Source: Octopus vulgaris (lineage: Eukaryota). Taken from it: a DNA stretch of 64,000 bases. Position 1 is the first letter of the stretch. The number at the start of each line of letters is the position of its first letter. The position numbers were made by a program, and so were the translations under genes. The notes beneath the pieces are model-generated. The model was given only the letters and a program-made list of their open reading frames with translations, did no database searches and was not told the origin of the DNA. Below are positions 11,631-25,439 of the stretch, piece by piece. The DNA lies in contig OX597820.1 of NCBI GenBank assembly GCA_951406725.2, positions 108,066,001-108,130,000 on the forward strand. The letters are read 5' to 3'.

Positions 11631-13584
11631 GTAAGTCATTGTTTTGAACAACTCTTCTAAATTTTAGAAATTCTCAGAACTGAGGATTATTTTTATTGGG
11701 AATTGGTTAGTTTTCGAAGTAATAAATAATAATGAATTATTGTTATATTGCATTAAAATCGACAAGAAAATCCATTACTGCTTTCAAATCTGCATACTTA
11801 TTTTAAAATAAATGAAAAAAAAAAGACTTCCAAAATTTGTTATTCTTATTGATGTTTGAGTATAGCGTGCCATTTTTATTTTCTCAAACTATTTTCCCAA
11901 TGCGCAGCTGTGTCCACAGCGTTTGCCATCGACGATATATTTTGGTAGAGTTTTAGAAGTTATTGCGTTGTTCTTTGGTGCGAAATTATTGGGAGAATTG
12001 TCTTCTGGCGGGTCAGACGACCGAATAGAGATTTAAATCTAGTTGTGGATTAAAATAATAGAAATTATTCAACTAATATTTCTTATGGCTTGAAATACGA
12101 GAGTAATTAACTTAATTTTGTCCTTTTTAAAGCTAAAATGAAATGAATTTAATCACACAAACTGAAGCTTCTCTTTTGCAATTAAAGGATTTCTTATAAT
12201 GTTATGGTAATATGAGTTTGCAAGTAATTAAATTTAATATTGTTAGAGCAATAATTTTACTCATGAAAGTTTTTCTTTTATCTATCAAAACAAACTTATA
12301 TTATGGGACAGTAAATCCATGAAATAAAGAGATAAAATAATTACAAAAAAACCCAAAAAAACGATCATAATATTTTTTGAATACTTGACCACTACTATGT
12401 TCATATGTTTCAAGTAACGATCGAAAAGTTCTTTAGAATTACGATTAATCAACTTTTAAGTTTTTCTTGCTGTGGTTCACATAGTTTCAGATATGAAAAA
12501 AAGTACTACACACCTCTCACTTGGATCATGACAATGAGCGGATGGCGGGATAATGGGAGAGGTATTATAATTGGGACCGAAGGGTGAGTGGACACTACAC
12601 TAGTATACATTTCGTTTCGTTGAGTTGTATGTATAAATTTGTTTTCAAATTCTGACGTATAACCAGAAACAAATGGCATAACTACAGATTTCGGTATTAT
12701 TTGATCCTTTCACCCGGCACGATTTTCACTAATAAAAAACAAAAAACACGTGGAATCAAGTACCCTGACGACCTAATAAGCTGCAAGCCTCTTATTTTTG
12801 TTCAGAAGGAAAATAGAGGGGGGGGGGCATCCCATAATCATTGGAATTTTTTTTTTTTTCGTTGAATGACCTCCTGGGGTCATTCAACGAAATGGGGTGC
12901 GGGTGAAATTAAAAAAACTTCATATGACACCGCAGATTATTGTTGTTGTCAACGATCCGGAGATATTGAATTCACCTCAATAGACGTCATTGATTGGTTG
13001 AAATTGCCGAAATGCAAGAAATTAAAGAACAAATAGCTTACAAACTACAGAATTTTCTCAAGAAAGCCAAGAGAAAAAGATGTCTTATAAACACATTCTA
13101 CCAGTATACGAAGTTTAAAAGTTACAAAGAAATTATTTTAAAAATCTGCTGGTCAAAGCGAAAAGATCTCTATTTTCAAATATTTTTTGCTATTTCTTTC
13201 TCTACACATAATTTTAGATAACATTTTACAGAAATACGTTTTCAAGAGAGTGTGGATTACATTAGATTGAAAATTGAAAGAAGTTGGAAATGAATAAGTG
13301 AAAATGCAGAGGTTAAGGAAGTGTGTGGAGAGGTAATGGACGATAAATTCATCTAAAAAAAAGCATGTTAGAGTTTTTTCATGTATATGTGAAACAAGTA
13401 AAAGTATAATATTAAAAATATCTTTCTCCTATGTCTTAAAATCACTGGATATAATATATATAGTAATCCCAGATTGCAGAATAGATTTGAAAAACTAAAG
13501 CAATTTTTGGTGCCGAAATGAGTTTCATTTTTGTGTGGAGAGAGAGTGACAAAATTTACCTAAACTTCCAATGGTATAACAATT

Positions 13585-15223
13585 TATCATCGTTTAACAT
13601 CCGTTCTCCATGCTAGCATGGGTTGGACGGTTCGACCGGGGATCTGGGAAGCCAGAAGGCTCCTGTCTTATCTGGCAATGTTTCTACAGCTGAATGCCCT
13701 TCCTAACGCCAACCACTCCGTGAGTGTAGTGGGTACTTTTTACGTGCCACCTGCACTGGTGCCAGGCGAGGCTGGCATCGGCCACGGTCGGATTGGTGCA
13801 TTTTACGTGCCATCGGCACGGAAGCCAGTCGAGGCGGCACTGGCTTCGGCCACGGTTCGGATGGTGCTTTTTACGTGCCACCGACACGGAAGCCAGTCGA
13901 GGCGGTGCTGGCATCGGCCACGATTCGGATAGTGCTTTTTACGTATCTCTAGTCTAGGGGTCTTGGCATCTGCCGGGTGCCAGTCATAGGATTGGTTCAA
14001 TTTCGATTCCGATTTTACTTGCCCCAACAGGTCTTCGCAAGCAAAGCGGGGTTGGCATAGGTGCCTGTCGTCGGATGAGGTTCGATATCGACTTCGCTTG
14101 CCTCAACAGGTCTTTGTGTGTCCAATTTAGGAAAGGCATGCATAAGTGGGCTGGACTCACTTGTCCTGCCTGGTCTTTTCACGCACAGCATATTTCCAAA
14201 GGTCTCGGTCGCTGGTCATTTCCTCAGTGAGACCTAAGGTTCGAAGGTCATGCTTCACCACCTCGTCCCAAGTTTTCCTGGGTCTACCTCTTCCACGGGT
14301 TCCCTCCACTGCTAGGGATTGGCACTTTTTCACACACCTATCTTCATCCATTCTCGCCACATGACCATACCAGCGCAATCGTCTCTCTTGCACACCACAA
14401 CTGATGCTCCTTAGGTCCAACATTTCTCTCAGGGTACTAACGCTCTGTCGAGCATGCACACTGACATTACACATCCATCGGAGCATACTGGCTTCATTTC
14501 TCGCGAGCTTACGCATGTCCTCAGCAGTCACGGCTCATGTTTCACTGCCATGTAGCATGGCTGTTTGTACACATGCATCATACAGTCTGCCTTTTACTCT
14601 GAGCGAGAGGCCTTTAGTCACCAGCATAGGTAAGAGCTCCCCAAACTTTGCCCAGGCTATTCTTACTCTAGCCGTTACACTTTCAGCACACCCACCCCCA
14701 CTACTGACTTGGTCACCAAGATAACGGAAGCTATCAACTACTTCTAGTTTTTCCCCCTGGAAAGTGACGAAAGTTGTTTTCTGCAGATTTTCAGAGGTTA
14801 ATGCTCCCGAGCATCTGCCACATACAAAAACCATCTTCCCAGTTAGCCTTCCTTTGACATTACTGCACCTCTTATGTGTCCATAGCTTACACTGGGTACA
14901 TCTTATAGAGTTTCTACCTACACCTTTTCTACAGATCGAGCAGGGCCATCTTCCTGAAGACATTTGTGGATTGTCTACCTTCCTACTTATTAGTACTTTG
15001 GTTTTAGCTAGGTTGACTCTAAGGCCCCTCGATTCTAGACCCTCCTTCCACACCTGGAACTTCTCCTCCAGTTCTGATAGTGACTCAGCAATTAGAGCAA
15101 GGTCGTCAGCATATAGGAGCTCCCAGGGGCAACCTGTCTTGAATTCCTCCGTAATTGCCTGGAGGACTATGATAAATAGGAGGGGGCTGAGTACTGAACC
15201 CTGGTGGACCCCAACCTCTACTT
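13585..15223 (-). mobile_element. RTE family A, 5'-truncated young copy (RT C-half, Cys/His finger, 3' repeats)
   Basis: GVHQGSVLSPLLF, LLYADDLALIA, LRVNLAKTKV, FRYLGD and RRLRWYGHV..M. The only obvious lesion is a stop at 14535 (ET*AV, probably from ETWAV). Confidence 0.93.
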
Positions 15224-15989
15224 TGCATCATAATTATATATATATTATTATACATCATTACGTTTAACGTCTGCTTTTCATGTAGACAAGGAGTTGGGAA
15301 CATGAGATTTCTGTTGACTCATCCAGTTGCAATGAGTACATAGGACTGCTCTTCACAGCAGTCACCACTTGCAGTAGAATATCCTCTACTCATGTCCAAA
15401 ATCCAACTTTTGACTGTATCATTTGAAAGGGAAATTGTCCTCAACTTGTGTGCCTGCTGTTCTCCAAGAATCATCTTCATTGTTTCCAGAATGCAAAGCT
15501 TAATCAGCTCTTAAATGGTATGAGGCTTCTTGGCTTGTGCTGTATGAAGCATCCAGCGCTGCTTTGTTCTAACAAGTGAAGTGAACAGTGGAATCGATGT
15601 GACAAGCCTCCAATATCGTAGTACGGTTGATATTGTTGACATTAGATAAAGAATATACTGTAACAGTGTTATAAGAATACAAAATAGAAACAGCAACAGT
15701 AACAAGCATGTAACGAACCAACAATCAATATTTTCAACACACTAACTCAAATTGTAAACTATGCCTGGACTTTGAAGATGAAACTATGAACTAATTTCTT
15801 TTATTAGGCACAAAAGCTCTTATACAGATGGGACGATACAAGGATAGACAAAATAATACAGTGAGGTTCACAAAACATAGCGGATGAAATTATGAATAAA
15901 ATGAGATGAAATGTCCCCCACAAGCAGGCAGTTCCATTTTACTGTTTATGTATCACATTAACTTACAGTTCATTATTCTTTTTTTTTTC

Positions 15990-17659
15990 CATCATTTTAA
16001 AAAAAAAGGTTCCTTTATATTATGTCATCAAATGCCACCACTGGTAGCAACTCATTGAATCGACACTGTAACGGTGATATCTCTATCATTTCCCTGAATA
16101 GTTCCTTCAACTTTTCACCTTTCTCTTTTACAAGCAAGACAGCTTTAAATCCTTCATTGCATGGTTGAGGCGCTAACTTCACCCTAATTACATTTTTCAT
16201 TTTCGTGCTGCTTTTTTCAATTTCTACATTTTTTTCTGTACTGTATCATAGTTCTTAATTGTTTTCCCTTCAGTGTTACTTTCTGATTTCCATCAGTAAT
16301 CTCTTCTGCTGTTGCTGGTGTTTCCATCTCTTTCTTCTCTGCTTGTTTCTCACTCGATGTTATTGTCATTTCTCTTCTATCTTCCTTTTTTACCTCTCCT
16401 TTTACTTTCTCCTCCATGCTAGTTTTCTCCTATCTTCTTTCTCTTCACTGTATACTTTTCTTCTATATTTTCTACTGGCCTTTGCTCCTCTACGCTTTGA
16501 ACCTTTTCCTCTCGTTTCTGTTCCCTCTCCATTACCTCCTCTTCATGTTTCTGGGACACTTAGCCTTCATGTCTCCCCGTACTCCACACTGAAACCATAT
16601 GGGTGGTCTTCCCTCCACTACCATGCTTAGCTTTGTCTCGTCAGGTAATACTACTTCTGCAATTTTGTGGAGGTCTGGTAACTGATGTGGACCGTCACCT
16701 CAAGGCTGTATCCCCATCAGTTTACCTCTGTTGTTGTAATTTTGAGGATTTTAGTCTCCTCCTCTGTGTTGTAGAGGATAGCTGCCACCAGCCATGACTT
16801 GTCAATCTCTGGGGGCACTCTACCAATCCTAACACTGGCTGCATGATTACCACAGTAGGACTCTTGGTGGCAAAGTCTGTGTTTTCGTCTTTTCTTCCTC
16901 TTCACCACTATCTTTCTTCCGGATTTTACACTGGCCTCTGCTCCTCTATGCCTTGTATGTCTACCTCTTCTTGCTGTTCCCTCTCCATCACATTCTCTTC
17001 CTGTTTCTGGGGACACTTAGCTTTCATGTGTCCCCATACTCCACTTGGATAGCATATGGGAAGTCTTACTTCCACTACAACTCTCAGCTTTGTCTTGTCT
17101 GGCAATACTCGTTCCTCTGCAATTTTGTGGAGGTCTGGTAAACTGATGTGAACCGACACCTCAAGGCCATATCTCCATCAGTTTACCTCTGTAATTTCCT
17201 CTTCTGCATTATAGAGAATGGCTGCCACCAGCCACACCTCATCAATTTCTGGGGCACTCTACCAATCCTCACTCTGGCTGATAGTAGTATCCACTTAGTT
17301 GATCTCAAAGGCACAGTGGAGTGTTTTATTGCTTGTTCACTCGCGAAGTGTACATGCACTGTATCGTATTTCCTCTGGTGTAGTATGTCGTTAGATCTTT
17401 GACTTCCCAAGCATTGTTCAACTACCTCTACTGCAATTGCAATAGACAGCGTTCTGTATATCACTGTCCTTCTCTCTGTCTTTTCAATAACTCCCTTAGG
17501 TGGTGTCAGCCTCAGGCTGTGTCCTTCCTTTCTTAACAGTTTATTGTTCTTCTTGAAATTTGTTTCTTCCAGTTGAATTTCTCTAATTTTTAAGACATCA
17601 GCTGTTAGATTATTCCCAGTCACTGCAGTGTAACTGCCTGCTGGAACTGGTCGACATTC
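15990..17659 (-). mobile_element. Gag/ORF1-like remnant (probably non-LTR, Tx1/L1-like) with an internal tandem duplication
   Basis: VRIGRVP...LRVVVE.RLPICY..GVWGHMKAKCP (degenerate zinc knuckle) occurs twice (about 16540-16845 and 17000-17280), followed by a K/E-rich tail. Confidence 0.6.
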
Positions 17660-20620
17660 CACAATTAAATAGTAAGTGCCATTCACTGGTCCAACATAAT
17701 CGATATGTAACCTAGACCATGGGTTCTCAGTCTCTAGCCATGATTGATATTTTACCAGTGGGGCTTTGGCTGTGAGCATGCAACCATGACAAGTTCTCAC
17801 CAAATTTTCAATATCCTGGTCCTCAGAGCTTTCATCCTTGACATTCCTGGGTGTCCACTGTGGAATTGCTGCAATACATGTTTTTCTGATGTAGTCTGTA
17901 CTGCAACTCTTTGCACATACATCAGAATATTGTCTCATATTGAGAAACTACTCAAATTTTCTATTTTTATTCTGTTTATTTTTTTAAAGCTTCTTTCATT
18001 TTTGTTATATCCTCATAGCCTACAGATTTCATCATTATGTCCTGTGCAGTTACTGGCAGTTCTTGGATAACATTAGTCATACATTTTATTTCATTCTCTG
18101 CCTGCAGTGTGGCTATCATGGTATCCTCTAGTGGTTCTGTATTTTTGGGAATTAGTCTTAATAGACAGTCTGCATGACCAATTTTTTTAGATGGAATATA
18201 CTGCATTTTGAAATGGTAATTTAGTAATATTATACCCCAACATTGTAGTTGGTTTGCTGTTTGGGTAGGTAACCCTTTCTTTGATCCATAAATTGACAGC
18301 AATGGTTGATGATCTGTTTTTAACAGAAAACAGAAACCTGTGAAATTTTTTTACAGCAAAGATAATCAATAGGGCCTCCTTTTTTATCTGACTATTTTTC
18401 TCTGTCGTTATCAGCGAGCACAAAACATGAATCACTGGTTTCATAATTCCATCTTTATACTTGTGTAGCAAAACTGCTCTTATTCTGTACTCTGAAGCAT
18501 CAGACACTACGACAATGTCCATTTCAGGATTGAAATGCACTAGAGACAAGTCTGCAGTTAGAAATTTTTTTATTTCTTCAAACGCATTTTGGTATTTAAC
18601 TGACCGATTCAATGGAGCTCTTTATGCATGTTAGGAATGTAGTTTTGGTAGTAGTTTACCAGCCCAAGAAACGCTTGTAATGTTGGTTTATTTGTTGGAG
18701 CATCTGCCTTTGACGGGTCAGGCTGTCTACTATTTTTCTCAATTATTTGTCTTAAGTACTTAATTTGAAGCAAAACATTTCACATTTATCTTCGCTCAAA
18801 GTGAACTCATGCTCTTTAATTTTCTTGAACACAGCTTTTATATGCTTCACATGCTGTTCACTTCAATTAATCTTGATCTATATATCATCCAAATAAGGGA
18901 TTGCAAAGTCACAATCAGATAACATAGCGTCCATGATTTGCTGATATATTGCTGGCGCAACCTTTAATCCAAAAGGTAACCAGGTATAACTGTATAATCC
19001 TCTATGTGTATTTATTATCAGATACTTTGAGCATGTGTCATTTACTTTAATCGGTAGATTGGAGTCAGATTTAATTTGGAGAAAATTTTTCCACCATTTA
19101 ATTTTGCAAAAAATGTCCTCTGGAGTTGGGAGTGGATGGTGGCATGTTTTTAAGCAGTTGTTTCATCCTGTAGAGAAATCAGCACACAACCTAATCTTAT
19201 TTTTCTTTTTAATGCACACCATGGGTGCCGCCCACTTAGAATAATCCACCTTTTTCACGATTCCACTCTTTTACAGTCAGTCCAACTCTTCATTTACAAT
19301 TTCAGTTGCTGTTAGATTTAAATACAGGCACAGCATTTTCACTTACTTTAAAGCAGGTTTCAGTCTTTTTACATGAACCTATGTCCTCCGATAGTACTTG
19401 AGGAAACATCTTTTTCAATTTTCTATTCAATGCCTCAGATGATTTATTTTTAATGGGACAACCATTTATGTTTTTGCAGTAGAGATTTATGGGGAGGGGC
19501 TAGAAGTATTCTCCACAATGAATATTTTTGCTTTGCGTGTTTCTCCTCAAAACATGATGTCTGTACACATTTTGCCCACGAAATGCAATTTATCGCCTGT
19601 CACACACCACGTGTAATTTTCGCTGTTTTACGTAACCTCAGTTTCCCGATTTTTCTCCATGTATCCTAATTTATGATTGAAATATCACTACCTCTATCCA
19701 ACTGTAGTTTACTATTTCACTGTTTATTTTTATGTGTACGAATTTTCTTGTTTTTGTGTTGTATTCACTTTCTGCTGAAAACACCTTAGAATTTTTGCAT
19801 TTGACGCACGTAATCTTGTCCTGCAGTGTGAGCTCTTGTAACCAAGTTTCTGATAACTAAAGCATTTTTCAGTTTTTAAATGGACACTCTTTTCTGAAAT
19901 GTAGGCCTCCACATCCGTAACATGGATTAGGGCCCTGGCATTCTCTTTTGGTTGTACTTACCGGGTTAACACATCTGTATTTTTGCAGAATCTTTCTCTT
20001 GAATTTTTTTCACATTGTGCTTCAGATTTATTATTGTTTGACGTTCTTCTGCTGGTCTGTAGGATTAAGTCTTGTTTCGCTTGCTCCATTTTTGAGAGAA
20101 TCCTTGCCCGATTTTCTTATGGGTTGCTGTAAGAGCTTGTATGAAGATAAGGGATTTAAACATACCCTGAGTGAATTCCTGAAGTTTAAAGTTTTCACAC
20201 ATGATTGACCACTCTCGCATATGTAATAAAGTCATCATTTTTTGTTAAGTTCCAACATTCCATTTGAGTGTTAAATAACAAACTTTTACCACAAAAGATC
20301 TTTGCGAGTAATTCAAACAAATCTCACTTGACATTTTGGGCAATATAAAGTTACAGTAGCATTTATGCTCGGCTGGAGCTACCTTGCATAGTAATAGCCT
20401 CACTTTCTCCTCATCTGACCATGACTTGTAATCTTTGTTAAAAATTTCTTCGTACCTACTATAGTACACAGGAAATGTAACACCCTCCTCCAGATTATAA
20501 ATGAATTCAGAAATTGAGTTCGCTATGCTATCTGGCGTAAACAAACTTACTGAGAATTGCTTCTTTTCGCTTGAAATAGTCCGGGCTTTTATCCACCAGT
20601 TGGCTCTCAATGAACCTTAA
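17660..20620 (-). mobile_element. Ty3/Gypsy LTR retrotransposon gag-pol remnant
   Basis: Gag SIANSISEF, protease LQLDRGSDIS, RT LPFGLK..P and YLDDI, RNase H VVSDASEY and EALLIIFAVKKFH, integrase PWSRLHIDYVGP. Many frameshifts. Confidence 0.92.
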
Positions 20621-21657
20621 GTTTGCTCAGCTTCATATTTCCATAACTCAAGACCTTGGCACAAATGATGCATTGCGGCTTGACCACAGTTCTGAACAAT
20701 GCTTGTGAACCCCATCTTGAGAAAGGCCTCATTGTATGTATGCTACTTGGCAGACATACTGCAAACAGAAAAATAAGAACTCCATATACAATGTAAATTT
20801 TTCTTTACTAAGTGTATTAAGTAAGTATAGTAAGCAAAATTGCAAAATAATAGACGCAACAATACTGAATTAAACTTAACAATGTATGGAAAAATACAAC
20901 ACTTACCATTACGACACAGCAGTGCACGAAGCAATGCAGTGATGTGCAACATAATGCAACACCACACTCAATCACAGAGGAGTTTATGTGATCATGTGAC
21001 CAGAGATTAATAAACATCAGTGCAGCTGAGAACTAACAAACGAGTCTTGGAATGCAAAGTGCCATGGGAGTCACAGTGCAAGAGCAAAGCGCATTCAGCC
21101 ATGATACTGCTAGCTGCTGCAATACCTCAAATAAATGAAATAGATTACTTTCTCCCAAACCTTCCATGACCCCACCCCCTCCCAGAAATCTGAAATGACC
21201 GCCAGGTCAAGAACCGCAGCTTTACATCAGTAAATTCATTAAATTCTCTTCACTTTACCAACTTAAAGAAGGAAGAACACATTGAGTAATGTAGCCCCAG
21301 ATGCACTGTTAGAAGGGATGTGAAAGAGATGATCATGGTTACATTGACTTTGATCATAGGTCTGCTGGATCAGGCCTGTTCTGGGCTAAATAACAATGAT
21401 TTTGTAAATTAGTAATCATATAGCTTCAAACAAGGTTAGTTAAAAAGTCTTAAGACCAATATAGTGCAGAAGTAAAATGATAAAAAAAAAATATGAGACA
21501 GAATCTTAAGTTCAAATCAACTGTTAGTGTTTTTGATCAATAATACATTTAATTCTTCACACTTCATCTATTGTGTAAAGAACAGTTGCCATATTCTCTG
21601 GTGAATTCATAGATTGGTGCCCCTTTACAATACTAAATTTTGTGTTCATCTGCTTAA

Positions 21658-21859
21658 CCCTTTAGCATTCAGATTACTCTGTCAAATATGATGGTTATTT
21701 ATTCACATTGTTTTGAATTAAACCTAATATTTTGTGGTTTTAAGATTTCAGTGATGTCTTTATCTTTAGAATGACGTTGGGTATTGTGTGAGTGAGCAGA
21801 TCTGGCTAGTTTGAACATAAAGCAAGTAGAATATTTGGGCTGATTTGAATGCTAAAGGG
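21658..21859. mobile_element. piggyBac-type MITE
   Basis: TTAA-ccctttagcattca...tgaatgctaaaggg-TTAA: terminal inverted repeats with a TTAA duplication. Confidence 0.85.
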
Positions 21860-22019
21860 TTAATACCACGAAATCAAGGTACTGGCTATTAAAAGCCAGT
21901 TTAGGACCAAGGACATACTTGCAGTTTCATATACATAATGCAACTTCTGCTATGGAATATTGAAACATAATTCTGGAGTCAGTATCTTTTCTGCATGACC
22001 CTGACCCTATAAATATCCA

Positions 22020-22175
22020 GTAACCTGAAGTAATTTTGCCACTAAAGTATATCCTCTACAGCCTTTCACTAAATTATTGATTTCTCTATCCATTTTTGGC
22101 CAGTACATGTAGCTACGCATCAAAACTTTCATCCCTGAAATACCAGGATGTCTAACATGGAATTCCCTCAACATT
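22020..22175 (-). mobile_element. Gypsy integrase zinc-binding fragment
   Basis: MLREFHVRHPGISGMKVLMRSYMYWPKMDREINNLVKGCRG; close paralog of 25760-25910. Confidence 0.8.
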
Positions 22176-22219
22176 GAAATGGCACTCATTTACAGAAAAT
22201 GTATTTTACACTGAAATTT

Positions 22220-22765
22220 GACCCAGCAAGCCAAGCGTGACCATAACCCGTGGCCTATGCAGGGGGTGTAACCAGCCCACTTGTGCGTATCTTTCCTTCA
22301 TTGGACACTAAACTCTGCTTGCGAAGACCTGTTGATGCAAGTGAAATCGAAATCAAATCAAATTTGATGACTGGCACCCGTGCCAGTGGAGCACTAAGAG
22401 CATCACCTAAGTGTGATCGTTGCTAGAACAGCTGACTAGCATCCGTGCCAGCGGCATGTAAAAATGCTGGTGGCACATGAAAAAACATTCAAGCGAGGTC
22501 GTTGCCAGTGCTGCTGGATTGGCTCCTGTGCAAGTGGCACATAAACACCATTTGAGCGTGGCTGTTGCCAGTACCGCCTGACTGACCCTCATGCCGGTGG
22601 CACATAAAAGCATCCATCACACTCTGGGTGGTTAGCGTTAGGAAGGGCATCCAGCTGTAGAAACTCTGCCAGATCAGATCGGAGCCTGGTGCAGCCATCT
22701 AGTTTGCCAGACCTCAGTCAAATCCATGCGAGCATGGAAAACGGACATTAAATGATGATGATGAT
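22220..22765 (+). mobile_element. RTE family A 3' region
   Basis: Reverse-complement match to about 976-1580; ends in a (gat)n tail. Confidence 0.85.
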
Positions 22766-23041
22766 AAAACTTCATGAATTCACTTCTTTCGGATAATTTA
22801 ACAGACACGGTGTACACACGTCTTGTCACAGATGTCTAGTAATATATATGTGAAATTGCTTACATTGTAGCATTTACTGAAAATTTAGGAACACTCCAGA
22901 GAGAGAAAGAGAGAGTGTGTGTGTGTTTGTATGTTATGATAGTAGCCCTTCCAGCAATTTCTTCCTGTCCTCTAACCCTTTTGCTTCATTACAACCACCC
23001 ACTTGTTTTAGTTCATTTTTTCTATGATTACCTTGTTTAAA

Positions 23042-23227
23042 CCCTTTAGTATTCAAACTGGCCATATCAAGCCTAAATATTCTTCCTGTTCTATGTTTAA
23101 ACTGGATAGATCAAGTCTCTCAACACTAACCATACAATGTCAAGCCATTGCATCAGCTATGATGTAATTCAAAACAGTGTGAATAAATAAGCATTACATT
23201 TGACAGACTAATCTGAATACTAAAGGG
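23042..23227. mobile_element. piggyBac-type MITE (same family as 21658, opposite orientation)
   Basis: ccctttagtattca...tgaatactaaaggg-TTAA; the internal sequence is the reverse complement of the 21658 copy. Confidence 0.8.
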
Positions 23228-23390
23228 TTAACTGTATTTCTAATCACTTGAAATTTGACTCATATCACTTTAAATGTTCTCATTGATAACATGTTTATAA
23301 ATTGAATATGTGAATGATACTCTGAATCTATACAGCTTTTCTTTATTATAAAGTCATTAACATGCTATATGTTTCTTTTCTGTATTTTAG

Positions 23391-23495
23391 AGCAACAATA
23401 TTTTGAACTAGAAAAACAATTAATCACAGCAAACTCTCAGTTAGAAACTCAGAATGAATCTACGAAGGATTTGAATGGAAAATATGAAGAGCTAG
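23391..23495 (+). CDS. TPR: TPR coding exon 2
   Basis: ttttag|AG...G|gtgagt. Translates (E)QQYFELEKQLITANSQLETQNESTKDLNGKYEEL, matching the TPR motif EQQYFEIEK. Confidence 0.93.
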
Positions 23496-24104
23496 GTGAG
23501 TTCTATTAAATGACGTCATGTAGAATAAACCAGGATATTTTTTCTTATCTTTATGTTTAAGCTTTTTAGAAATTGTCTTTAATTATAATACCTTACATCT
23601 ATTATAATGTCTGTGTCTAATTATGATACCTATGTTTATGAATTATGGTAAAAAAAGAGTTTGGTACTTAGACAAAACAAGTACCAAACTTTAAATAAGT
23701 ACTGGAGGGAAGGGTTGATGTGATGGACAACCTTTGAAGGTTGTGCTCAGAATGGGCACTGTCCTATGATTGAAACTGTCTACTACTATTTAGGAACCTT
23801 TAGAGTATTTGAAAAAATATGTCATTGTTGCTCCTATTGTTAACTACTTCTGTGCATCAATTGTGTATGAAGTCTTCTCAGTCAACCTTCTCTGCTATCC
23901 TTTTGCATCTCTTGTATATCCACTGTCAACATTGGAAAAACCATATAGCGTTTGTAACTACTTTAATGCTGAGTGAGTATGACTGCTTTCCAAAGAGGCA
24001 ATGATACCCTATTTTTTCTCCTGCCAACACTTTGTGTATAATATGGTGCTCCATCAGTATTGCTGTTCAATGACTGAAACAAATGAAATGTATATGAGTC
24101 TGTG

Positions 24105-24500
24105 TGTGTGGTGGGTGGGTGTAAAAAGTTTGCATCCCAACCTAATGGTTCTAGGCTCCATACAAGTGCATGGCACCTTGGGCAAGTGTCTAAAGCTCTA
24201 GCCCTGGCTGACCAAAGCCTTGTGAGTGGATTTGATAGACAGAAATTGAAAGACACTCATTGTATATGTGTGTATGCCACTGTCTCCTTGCCTTGGCATA
24301 ACATAATAGTTCTAGATGAAAGTTACTATCATGTAAGCGGTGTCCTTTCTTTCCAATCTTCCATGAAAATATGTCTGATCATGGGGAAATATTACCTCCA
24401 GGGGAGGGTTAGCGATAGGAAGTACATCTGATCATGGAAAATCTACCTCAACAAAATTTCTTTTGGCCATTCAAGCATGGAAAAGTGGATATTAAATTGA
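24105..24500 (+). mobile_element. Degenerate tRNA-derived SINE with an RTE-like 3' end
   Basis: ggcaccttgggcaagtgtc...gccttgtgagtggatttg as in the 7395 SINE; ends in an agcatggaaaagtgga-type tail. Confidence 0.65.
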
Positions 24501-24619
24501 TAATACATAGATAGATGTACACACACACACAAGTATTTTTATGAAGTAACTTGCTCAGGGCAATGAAAGAGGCATGTGGCTGGAGAAAAACCTCAACCAA
24601 GTCAAGTTTCATGGTGGTA

Positions 24620-25350
24620 GAATGATACAGTTGATACGATAGTAAAGGTATGGTACAGTTGATAGGGCAATGACAGGCCTGGAAAGCATGTGGTAGTAGT
24701 GAGAAATACCAAATGGCTAAAAGAGCAGCTAGGTGACTAGTATATTTAGTGAAGGGAGCAGTAGGGAAGAGATTTGCCAACTTGCTCTGAGGTGTTAAGG
24801 ATTGTGAGACTATGATAGACAACCAAGATGTAATTGATGAGATGCATACTTGTCAGTACGGAAAACAAAAAGTAGAGTGGAAGTGCTATTATGAGAGGCT
24901 GTTGAATGTGGAGAATTCTTTGAATAAAGAGGGACCACCTTATGCTAATGCTACAGAGGGGCCAGCAATTTTAGTTGACAGCAGCATAGATAAGGTGATC
25001 AAAGACCATGAAGGGAAGGGAAAGCTGAAGAGCTGCTCAAAACATCTAGTGAGGAAGGGTTTCATCATAAACTGCTACAATGGCATAAAACGATGCCTTA
25101 GAAAAAAGCATTTATAGAAGAATCCAATTACTAGATCAAGTTATGGTCACAGAGATAGTTATAAGTCCAACTGATTCATGACTTGATGGACTTAGATGAG
25201 ATGTAGTTTGGTTTTGTTCCTGAAAGTGGTACTATGGATGCTGTCCTCCTAGTGAGGCAGCTGCAGGAGAAATATGTAGTTAAGAGTAAGCCACTATTTC
25301 TGGCCTTTGTTAACTCTGACAGGGTACTATGTACAGTTATCTGGTGAGCT
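24620..25350 (+). mobile_element. Degenerate RTE ORF fragment
   Basis: WKCYYERLLNVEN, FGFVP..GT.DAVLLVRQLQEKY..KSKPLFLAFV. Confidence 0.75.
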
Positions 25351-25439
25351 GTTGTAATCCTCTGTTAGACTGTTATAACACTCCCTCTGGTATAGCATTA
25401 TAGTTAGTTAGGCAAGTAAGACATGACTATTTATAGATC

